Assembly: GCA_035221665.1 (NCBI GenBank)
Contig: CM069147.1
Coordinates: 25,420,001 to 25,484,000, forward strand
Source: Okamejei kenojei
Taxonomy: Eukaryota
DNA length: 64,000 bases
Direction of reading: 5' to 3'
In this document: piece after piece, positions 11,027 to 23,000 of the stretch
How positions within the stretch are numbered: position 1 is the stretch's first letter
Layout: each line of letters starts with the position of its first letter
Notes under the pieces: generated by a model
What the model was told of the DNA's origin: nothing
Databases searched by the model: none
The model's input: only the letters and a program-made list of their open reading frames with translations
Position numbers and translations under genes: made by a program

Positions 11027-14000
11027 CTATCGAAAAATAATCAGAGATCATGAGCTGCTGATTCCCCTATATGGGCGACGTACAGGAATTTACGTTGCAG
11101 TACACATCCGCTTTTACCTTACCTGGCCATAGGTAGTTTGTTCTTCGTGACGTCTGTTTTTCGTAGTTTTCTTCAGTCCGCTGAAATTAATATCTGCGTA
11201 CGTCGGATACTGAGGGAACATTTATTTGAAAGGAAATAAACTCCGCATTTACAAAGAACTGCGAAGACGAGCAAACGCAAAACAAGCGCGTGGAAGCTGG
11301 GTATGCACGACCAGTCATTCCATTGCTATATATGGTTACTTCCCTATGATGAGATTACTAAAAAAAAAGCAAACCGAAACAACTCGTATCTAATTGGTTT
11401 GAGTTCCCTGAATAATTTGTGAACTATTAGCCAAATCGTGAAACCAATAGGCAGAAAACTGACCGGAAGTTTGTTGGATGATGACTTCGAGGACAATATA
11501 TAGTTGACGCGATTTCTGGGCTCAGGTATATTAGCAGATTTTCCGTAATATATCAGAAAGAGCTGCCGCGCAAAAAATATGACGTGTGAATTTTGAATTG
11601 GAACAGGATGGGCCTCGGTTATGATGCTTGACGGAGTGAATAATCCGCTCGACACAGACAGAGTAGACATAAACTGTTTAGGATAACTCGAAGGTTACGC
11701 AAATGCACGTCGCTGACGGTCATGGACTATATCATAAGAATACGGAAGGATAAGGAAAATTGCAAACGAGGCACATACGGAGTTCCACGAAAAGTGGATC
11801 CATCATGTTGTCCAATCAATGTGATTATAATTACGGACGTCCATTTGCAGAACATGATACAACAGGTTATATCCTGTTATTCCATCAAAACAATTACCTG
11901 TTTTTCGGAGTGGTGGGTTCTGGCCTCAATATTTTCTGGTGCTAGTAGAGAACATAATAAAACGACCAAATTTTATCATCAGCGTGTCACAACCTGCCTG
12001 CCAATAGTCAGTTAATAATCGAGTTGTGACCAGATTCGTTCGGCTGCAGAAATTGGCCATAGCGGTCATGCTATTCTTGTTATTTAAACACATCCTCTCC
12101 TCGTTAGTCCTAATGCTAAGGAAAAACACACGGAACAGTTGAAAACCTCTTGTTTGCTTCCGCTTTCCTGTGATAACCATATAACCATATAACCATATAA
12201 CAATTACAGCACGGAAACAGGCCCTCTCGGCCCTTCCAGTCCGTGCGACCATTTGTTTTCCCCTAGTCCCATCTACCTGCACTCAGACCATACCCCTCCA
12301 TTCCATTCACGTCCATATACCTATCCACTTTACTCTTAAATGTTAAAATCGATCCTGCCTCCACCACTTCTGCTGGAAGCTGATTCCACACAGCCACCAC
12401 CCTCTGAGTAAAGAAGTTCCCCCTCACGTTACCCCGAAACCTCTGTCCCTTAATTCTCATGTCATGCCCTCTTGTTTGAATCTTCCCTACCCTCAATGGG
12501 AAAAAACGTATCCACGTCAACTCTGTCTATCCCTTTCATCATTTTAAAGACCTCAATCTAGTCCCCCCTTAACCTTCTGCGCTCCAAAGAAGAAAGACCT
12601 AACTTGTTCAACCTTTCTCTGTAACATAGTTGCTGGAACCCTGGCAACATTCTAGTAAATCTCCTCTGTACTCTCTCTATTTTGTTGACATCCTTCTATA
12701 ACTAGGCGACCAAAATTGTACACCATACTCCAGAATTGGTCTTACCAATGCCTTGTACAATTTTAACATTACTTCCCTACTCCTATATTCAATGCTCTGA
12801 TTTATAAAGGCCAGCACACCAAAGGCTTTCTTTACCACCCTATCTACATGCGATTCCACCTTCAGGGAACTATGCACAGTTATTTCTAGATCCCTCTGTT
12901 CTACAGCATTCCTCAATTCCCTACCATTTACCATGTACGTCCTATTTTGATTTGTCCTGCCAAGATGCAGCACTTCACACTTATCAGCATTAAACTCCAT
13001 CTGCCATCTTTCAGCCCACTTTTCCAAATGGCCCAAATCTCTCTGTAGACTTTGAAAATCTACTTCATTATCCACAACACCACCTATCTTAGTATCATCT
13101 GCATACTTACTTATCCAATTTTCCACCCCGTCATCCAGATCATTGATGTACATGACAAACAACAGTGGACCCAACACAGATCCCTGAGGCACCCCACTGG
13201 TCACCGGCTTCCAACCTGACAAACAGCCATCCACCATTACTCTCTGACATCTCCCATTCAGCCACTGTTGAATCCATCTTGCTACTCCACCATTAACACC
13301 CAAAGATTGAACCTTCTTAACCAACCTTCTATGGGGAACCTTGTCAAAGGCCTTACTAAAATCCATATAGACAACATCCACTGCTTTACCCTCATCAATT
13401 TCCCTATTTAACCGCCCCTATTTAAACAACCCGACCTTTGCAGCATTTCACCTAGTGTTTAAAGGCGCCTTATTTTAGAACAAACAGCTTAAACCGGTTA
13501 AAATGTTGTTTCCCACAGAATGCTGCGGCCGGAGAAAAGGTGCTGTGGTTAAAATCGTTATCTCAGCACTCCTCGTTACTCCTTCAATTGAACATTGCTA
13601 TTTTCGGAAAAAACACGAAATGTTGTAGTAATTCAGCGGGTTAGGCAGCATCTACGGGGGACATCAATAGCCGAAATTCCGGGTCGGGACCCTTCTTCAC
13701 ATGTGACTCGACCCCAAAAGTCCCCTATCCATTGTCTCCCCAGATGCTGCCAAACCGCCGAGTTACTCCAGCACTGTGTCGCTAATTTCGTACAAAGATC
13801 AAGACGCTTCTTACCTTCAGTACTGTGTAATATGCACCGCCTGGCATAAAATACCAGCGCTGGAATAATTAACACGCATATAGCAAATCCACCCGCCAGA
13901 AAGTAGACGGGTTTAACGCTTGTTCCTAAGGGGAAAATAAAATGTCAATATTATAACTTTTCAGAGGTTATCTTCATTAAATAATCAGAACACACGAACC

Positions 14001-17000
14001 ATGGATTACAGAATGGGTTCCACATTTTCACTTTAATGCGCTGTATTCCATCTGCCACTTATTTACCTACTCTCCCAAACTGTCCAGGTCCTTCAGCAAA
14101 CTCCCTGCTTCCTCAGCACTATCTGCCCCTGCACCTACCTTAGTGTCATCTGAAAAATGGCGAAAAAGCCATCAATTTCATCATCCAGATCATTAACATA
14201 TAATGTAAAATGCAGCAGACACAACATCGACCCCCTGCAGAACACCAATAGTCGACCGCAACAAATCACAAAAGGCCCCTTTATTGACACAATTTGCCTG
14301 CTGCCCGTCAGCCAATCTTTGATCCGTGCTAATCTCTTGCCTTTGATACCATGCGCTTCTATTTTATTCAGCGGCCTTACGTGTGGCACCTCATCAAAAT
14401 TCCAATCAAAATTCACCCTTAATACGGATTCTAAAATTTAAAAATATCTATCAGTAGCCTATAAAGATTGAGCTTTGTTTTACTCTTCATACTGTCTGAT
14501 TGTTGAGTATCTCAAACATTTTCCTTTGTTTCTCCTTCACACTTTATATCTACATACTATTTGGACATTGTACGGATGCGCTTGTCACCCCCTCTCCCCG
14601 TTTCGCCGTGTCACTGATGACAGCGAGGAAACCTACAGCTCTCCGGCAATCAAAATATAAACATTAAGGAAACGAATTACCTGGAGTGAAAACATCACAA
14701 ATGAATTCCACTGGGCAGAATAAAAACACGTGCACGATCTGTAATATACTTTGTATTCGGTAAAATAGATTATTCTACTGGGTTACGGGTCTGTGTCTTC
14801 TTAGTGTTGGGGTCATTGATATCGTAAAGGCTGTTGAACTGAATTATCGACCGACTTAACATTTTGGAAAGATAGCTGCAGTCGATATGGTTCATTTATC
14901 AACACAAGATCAGAATTATTCTGAGTTGTGATATATCTCTAAGAGGGTTTGGCGAACCAATCATTGATTCGCCGTCGATGTGCTGCACGTGTACTATCCC
15001 AGCTTTCAAAATGGCTTGAACAATATAGACGCAAGTCACGTTATACCACCCCGAGAAAGTGACACTCTGGATCCACTCCTGGCACATCTTCGCAGTTAGT
15101 GAATCTGTTTTCAATCTGCAGAGACTCTGGATCAAATCTGACCTCCAGTGTTCTCTGGAGTTTTTTATATTCCCACGGTGATCACGTTACTTCCGGAGGA
15201 TACTCTAACATCTTCCCAAATCTCAACGACTTGCAGGATTGTTGATTAATTGGCCACTATACTAGTCATTAATTTTGAAGAACGGTCTCAACCCGAAACG
15301 TCACCCACTCTTTCTCTCCAAAGACGCTGCATGTCCCGTTGAGCTACTCCAGTAGTTTGTGTCTATCCTCGTCATCAATGTGATGGTCATTTTGTGGGGA
15401 GTTGATGGAACTGTGCAGGGAATGAAATGGGGCGACAGTAGGTTTTGTACAATTAGTGTAGCTGATCCCAAGCACCTGGTTTCTTCTTTTAACTAGATAA
15501 AACATATACACTAGAACCGTTGGTTTTATGTCTGGAGAAAAGTATACAGTCTCCGTCGCTGCGATTGAGATTATTATTCATAATAGTGGGCAAGTGGAAA
15601 ATTTACATTTAACATTTGTACCTTATGAAAACCCAAACGAAGAAGAGACAACCAAGATTAAGCGTTAAAGAAGGAACTGCAGATGTCCCTTGTCAATTCT
15701 TCGCTTCCCTCACGCTCTACCCCTTCCCCGGGCACTTTCCCTTGCAACCGCAAGAAAATGCTACACTTGTCCCTTCACCTCCCCCCTCCACTCCTTTCAG
15801 GAACCCAAGCAGTCCTTCCAGGTCCGACAGAGGTTCACCTGCACCTCCTTCAACCTCATATACTGCATCCGCAGCTCCAGATGCCAGATGATCTATATCG
15901 GTGAGACCAAGCGGAGGCTTGGCGATCGTTTCGCCGAACACCTCCGATCGGTCCGCAATAACCAACCCGACCTCCCGGTGGGTCAGCACTTCAACTCCCC
16001 CTCCCATTCCGTATCCGACCTCTCGGTCCTGGGCCTCCTCCACGGCCAGAGTGAGCAACACCGCAATTTGGAGGAACAGCACCTCATATTCTGCTTGGGG
16101 AGTCTGCATCCTCTGGGCTTGAACATTTAATTTTCTCAATTCTGTTAACCCTTGCTGTCTCCTCCCCTTCCCACCTCTCCCTCAGCCCCCGGGCTCTGGC
16201 ATTCCTCTCTATCTCTCTCCCCCACCCTAGTCGCACTAGCTTCTCAATTTCACACCACAAACAGCTTACAATGGCTTGTTCCCTTTATCTTCGATACTTT
16301 TTTGCATATCTTTCATTCATTGTTCTTTATCTCTCCACATCACCGTCTATATCTCTCGTTTTCCTGATCCCTGACCAGTCTGAAGAAGGGTCTCGACCCG
16401 AAATGTCGCCTATCTCCTTCGCTCCTTAGATGCTGCTGCACCCGCTGAGTTTCTCCAGCCTTTTGTGTACCCAAGATTAAGCGATTGAGTTTATCAAACA
16501 AAAGAACAAAATATACAATGGTGGGTACCTGTCGAAAGAATTTCGTAATGGTAACTAAAGTTAAAGCAGGTACATAGCTAATGGGAATCTTATTATTTAT
16601 CAAGAAAGAACTAATGTGTAAAAGCAAGGAGGTTGTGCCATTGCGTTAATTCCCATTACAACCCCGCGTACTCGGACAGTTAACTCCAGCGCATTTCCTC
16701 CGCCTCAGCCAGGTGAACGGGCTCCATTACCTAATTACCTAATCAAGAATCCATTATCTAATCAAGAATCTATCTATCTCTGCCTACAAAATATCAACTG
16801 ACGGCCTCCACGGCCTTCTGTAGCAAATTATTCCACAGATTCACCGATAATCTGTAAGTAATCTTAAACAATTTTAAGTGCTGCACAATTATGCGTTCGA
16901 AAAAATCCGTTATTTCAATTGGTAACCTGAAACTCCCAGACCAATAAAACAATGAGTGCCATTTCGCAAGTCCGAGCCAGAGAAACATTCAGTGGGATGA

Positions 17001-20000
17001 TTTAACAGGCTTTGGGTTCCTTGAGAAGGGCAATCACCACCTTGTGCTCAACAGCGACACGTCTAGTAGAGCTGTTGTTCCACAGCAACAGAGATACAGG
17101 TTCAATTCTAACTTGGGCGTTGGGCCCTGTCTATGTGGAGTTTGCACTCTCTCCCTGTAATCATGTGGGTTTCCTCATGGTGCTCCAGGTTTCTCCCACA
17201 TCTCAAAGACGTGTGGATTTGTGCGGCAGCAATCGAGACTGCAGGATAGGTTATAGGGGATTGGAGTAGAATTGGGCCATTCGGCCATCCGCCATTCCAT
17301 CGTGGCTGATCTTTCTCTCTCTCCTAACCCCACGGTCTTGCCTTCTGCCCATAACCTCTGGCAACTGTACTAATCAAGAATCTATATCTCTGCCTAAAAA
17401 ATATCAACTGACGGCCTCCAAAGCCTTCTTTTAATTATTTAATTCTGAGGCTATGACCTCTAGTCCTAGACTCTCCCGCTAATGGAAACATCCTCTCCTC
17501 GTGCACTCAATCCAAGCCTTTCGCTATTCTGTATGTTTCAATGAGGTCCCGCCTCATTCTTCTAAACTTCAGCGATTACAGGCCTACTGCCGACAAACGC
17601 TCATCATAATTTAACCTACTGATTCCTGGGATAATTCTTGTAAACATCTTCCATGCTACTACCCTTTAATTTCAAGGAATCGTGCTCTGGATTTTAAGCG
17701 ACCATCGGATCGCCTGACTGCTGTTCTCCCTCTACTTTCTTTATCGCAAAAGCATTATTTAACCACAAACCATCTTCACTCTCCAGTATCCGCGAACACC
17801 TATTTCCCTTCTCACCGTACCTTCACATTCAGCGATAGATATTATAATGTTTGCCCTTTCAAAACTTCCATTAACACCATCCAGGGACCTGCGTACTCCC
17901 GCCAGAGTTCACCTTTTCAGATTTCAATTACAACAGTATATTTGGTGAGGTCTATTTTAGTTGGGAAACACCAAATGCAAACGAGAGCTGCGGCAACACA
18001 GTGTCGCAGCTGTAGAGCTGCTGTATTACAGCGCGAGAGACACAGCTTTGATCCTAACAATGAATGCTATCCGTGTGGAATGTGTACGTTCTCAATGTGA
18101 CTGCGTTTGTGTTCTTCGGGTGATACGGTCTCCTCCCACATCCCACAAAGTATGGATGTGCAGGCGTGTAGGCTAATTGGCTTCTGTAAGTTGTCGCCAG
18201 TGTGCAGGGAGTGAATGAAAAAATGTTCTAACAGAGAACTATATACCGGTGATCGATGATCAGTGTGGACTTGGTGTGCTGAAGGCTCCGTTTCCACGCG
18301 GTATCTCTAAAACTAAAACAGTCAATATGAAGATGTTAACTCAATTTCCAATTGTACCTAGAATCGTAATCCATCTTACATTTTCAATTTATTTTCTTTA
18401 CTTCTTGTCCTACCTCAACGAAGTCACAAGAATGCGTTATGGAATCTCTTCCAACTGCATTTACTGAAACCTTAGACCTGAGCAATGAATTCACCAATTT
18501 CAGAAAATTGGATGAAAACTGGCAGTTTTTATGAATAAAAATAATGGGATAAATTCCAGATGCTGGCAGCACAAAATTAACAAAACATAGAAATGTCTGG
18601 GAGCACAGACCAGATCAGACAGTTCATAGGGACGCCCATCATCCGGAATTATCGCTACTCCGTATTATGTGTATGACCGTTCGCACATTTTCTTATTTTT
18701 CCTTTATTTTCATTTTTCTCTACTGTTTGAATACAGATCAGCAACGATGAAAAAATAAATTATCTGAGTTAATGACCGCGTATGTTATTAAATTACCCGT
18801 GGCCTCTGTCCTCAGGTTTATTGGTTTGGTCAACTTGTTTTCATCCCTTCATTACCATCCCTCTCCAACGTTACAGCAATAAGACTGCAAATTATTTTAC
18901 ATTTAAACGATGTCCTTATTATGCAGGGAAATAGCTTTATAGGTATTTGCTGAGACGAGTCGAGGGTGTTCTGTGTGCTGTCCTGGTCATCCTGCTATAC
19001 GTAGCATATCATTATGTTGGAAAAGGTGCAGAAAGGATTCACCAAGGTATTACCTGGAATTAATGGCTGGAGTTATCCGGTGATGCTGAGCAGGTAGTGA
19101 CCTCTTCCCATGAGGCATAGGAGGTTTACCTAATTCAAGTATATAAAATTATGATGGGCGCATAGAAAGTGAATGCTTACAGTCGTTTTCTCCATGGTTA
19201 TGGATTCTCAACAGGGAAGGTTAAGAGGGGCCCAAGGGGCAATTTTTTTCTGAGAAAGCTACAGTAGTGTATACAATTGTGATTTTCAAAGGAAATTTGG
19301 ATAGATATGTGGATAGGAGCAATTTGGAGGGGACATTGGCAAATGCGGAGAAATGGGTCTAGTCCAGAATGCCAACTTGCTTGACGCGGACAGGGCGGGC
19401 CGAAGGGCCTTGCTTCCATGCTGTAGAGCTCTATATGATCAGAGATAAACAGCGAGTTCCAGCGTCCGCTATTATACAAACATGCAAACACAACTGTCAT
19501 CTTTGCGCGACGTCTCTTACTAACCAGTATCTAATTTCGTAGACTGATCCTACCTTTCCATTTCAACAAAGGCATGCTCACCATCTCCATTCAAACACTT
19601 ACAAACTGTCTGGCGTAAATTTTGGGTGGGAATTCATGAAATGCCGTGACATAAAAAACAGTGATATATCTCAGGACGTTATTGAAGGGATAAACCTCAT
19701 ACCGATTCCAGGAAATCTGTGAGTTTCAATGGTCGGAAACAGGAGGGTGACGTGAACCACGTGGCAACTATAAACAGATCGGCTATCTACTGCATGCAGG
19801 AAGCTGGAAGCAAGATATAATCCCTCGTCGTTCCGTATTTTAGTGGTATTTATTCCAGAAGTGATTTCGTGGTCATCTTTATACCAGGTAAGTTCACAGT
19901 CCTCCGGGAAAAACGGAGCAGTTGTACAGTTTAGGGCCAGGGAAGGAGTGTTCATCTGTTTAATCTTCAAAGGCGTCGGTGACACTGCAAACAATTTAAG

Positions 20001-23000
20001 ACAAAGGAGTTAGTACCACTATATGTTTATTTAGAAGACAATATAATCGCTTTCGAAATGGATTATGCTATACATTCTTGGGCGTTCCTTAAATAGTAAA
20101 GTATTTTAACTATGTTGGTGGAAATATATAGTACAGTAAACCGTCGTTGTAACGTAGTTGGACATGACCACTATATCTAAGCGCTGTGTGAGGCAGATGT
20201 CACCACCTATCACTTTCCCCAATGCCTTCATTCTGTCCATGCGACGAATAGAGAAACTATCGGCATGGACGGCTGAGTCTGGGGAAGAGGGGTGAGCCAA
20301 ATCTCTATGAAATAGAGCACACAACATTCGGTCATCTCTGATAAAGCTATTTTGCCTCTGGGAATTCCTTGTCATGTGCGATTCTCTTTTTTTAATGCTA
20401 AACAGTTTTACTTATTATCACGTGTACTGAGCCACATTGAAAAACTTTTTGTTGTGTGTTATTCAATCAGCGAAAATACTATACATGATTACAATTCAGC
20501 CGTCCGCATTGTACAGATTCGGGATTACCGGATAACGTTTAGTTCAAGATAAAGTCGAGTGAAGTCCGATAAAAAAGATAGTTTGAGAATCTCCAGTAAG
20601 ATAGATGGTAGGACCTGATCTCTCTCTAGTTGGTGATAGGATGGTTTTGGGTACCTGCTGGGAACGCAACAGGACAAAGCAGAGTTCAAGGTGGTACAAT
20701 CAAACGGAATATTGCGTTAATTAAATCCTAAAGGGAGTTATTTTTGTATTATATGTAAAACATGCTGAAAGAGAGAAGCAGCTTTATGTATGAGTGAAAG
20801 TCTTGTGAGGGACAACGCGCAGAATAATTTGAACGTTTGACATATGGTGTAGTATCTAATGTTACCCGGAGAATAAATAAAGTTTAGAGTGAAAATGGTA
20901 GTTTTAGGAGCAACAATAAACAATACTCAGAAGCCGTGGGAAGATCCGATCAAGTTTAAAAATGTTCTGCCGGGTTGTATTTAAGATGAACTATTAAAAG
21001 TAGGGACTTTTGGTCCCTTCTGTATGGACCAGAAATGACTTTGATAAGGTTGCTCACGGTACGTTGCTCTGGAACATTAGATCCCATGTGGTCCAGGGAG
21101 AGCTCGCCACTGGATAGAGAAATGGCTTCATGTAAGGAAGCAAAGGGTGATGGTGGAATGTTACATTTTGCGAACTGAATTCCGGGGAAGGCGAGAGGGG
21201 AACACTTACCAAGAACCTAAGGGGCATCCGTTTCATGCAGATGCTGGTGGGTATACGGAATGAGGTGCCATATGAGGTCGCGGAGGGAGGTTCAATTTTT
21301 ACCAGACATTTGGGCGGATTTATTAGGGAAAATGTTTAGAGAATGATAAAGGCCAATTACGGTGTGAGATCTTGGTGAGCATTGGACAATTGGGCTGAAA
21401 TTTCTATTTTCGTGCTCGAGGACTCTGTGATTCTATTCAATGATAGCGTTTATTTTTGCAAAGCGTGTCAACCCAATGCCAAACATATTCAGGAAAATAT
21501 ATAAAATTATGATCAATAATCAATAGATCAACAATAGATCAAGAGTACTAGACAATAATACGTAGAGTTCCGAACTAGGAATGATTTCGTATAGAAATTG
21601 GTTGATTAAGCAAATCATAATCTTTCGGATCGATTAGCGGAGGGTTATCTACCCAAGTGATGGACAATTGATAAATTAATACATTACATCTCACATAAGC
21701 TTTTGTAAAAAGGTGAGGATAATTATAGCTATCACGCCAATCAACGTGATTGCTTCCCCCCAATGATGTAATAACGGGGTGAAGTCAAAGCGCCCTCTTA
21801 TTATCAGAACGTATAAACTCCGTACAGACAAGCACCTGTAGCTAGGATCGAACGCGGGCCTCTGGCGCTGTAAGCGCTGTAGGCTGCATCTCTACCACTG
21901 CGCCACCGTGCAGAGGCTCAAATATTGGATTGTTATTAGGTGGTACAGATATAATATAATAGAATGAAAATACGACTTCATATGTCGCCATTAATGACTC
22001 AATGGGTGAGGCAGATAAATGGCTTCCCACGGAATCTGTGGAAAATGACACCCAAAGGAAACTGTCATTTGTTCCCACAAACTGAACGGATCCAGACAAA
22101 TGAAACATTAGAATCACTTCTTAACCGCAGCAAGCATGAGATGAGAGAGAGCGAGCAGGACAGGTTTTGGGGGTAGTAGCATGGGTGATGTAATGGCTGA
22201 TCCAATTGGTTTTTGACATCAGCTTGCTACATCTATAATGGAAAATAACACAGAGGAAAGAAGAAATCACTGGAGATAATCCATAATGTTCTAACAGCAG
22301 GTACACAAAAGGCCAGTTGGAACGGACCAATGCCGTGAAGCTGTCACATTCCTCACACTTCATCCTCGATAACTATCAGAACAGTGGCACCTCAAGGCTG
22401 CGTGCTAACTCTATACCCATTGATGTGTACCCGGAACAGTTCCAACTCAACCTTTAAATTTGCAGACTACACCACCGTTGCTGAACTAATTACAGGTAAT
22501 GATGTGTCAAAGTAGAAGTTGGAGATCCATCATCTCATCGAATGGTGCTAGAACAACAATCTGTCTCTCAATGTCAGTAAGATTGCCGATTGTTGACTTT
22601 AGAAGAGGAAGGACCAATGTCTTCATCGACGGGTCGGTGGTGGAGAGCCTCAAAAACTTCAAGTTCCCTGGCATGCATATTTCTGAAGATCTGTCCTGAA
22701 CTCCGCACATCCATGCAATCATATGAAAGCCCGCCAATGCTTCTAATTCTTAAGAAGATTAAGGAGATTCGGTATGTTGTCATTGAGTCATAGTCATAAT
22801 TTCCTGCTTGACACCATCTTCAATCGAAAACGCTCTTCACCCTGTGCAGTATATGATGGCGAGCGTATTAACCGGTTGCATCACGGCCTGGTTCAGTAAC
22901 TCGAACGCCCAGGAATGGAATTACAAAAAGCGGTGGACACTGCCCGGTCCATCAGGTGTTCCGACCTTCCAACCATCGAAGAGATCTATAGGGGAAGCTG

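Noticed and set aside
14681-14738. Possible minus-strand exon between gene A's C1 and TM (DRARVFILPSGIHL-stop) giving a secreted form
   Set aside because: Weak polypyrimidine tract and an in-frame stop before the donor; the gene assembles cleanly without it.
17990-18070. tRNA-like sequences at SINE heads
   Set aside because: Degenerate SINE 5' regions followed by the V-SINE core, not tRNA genes.
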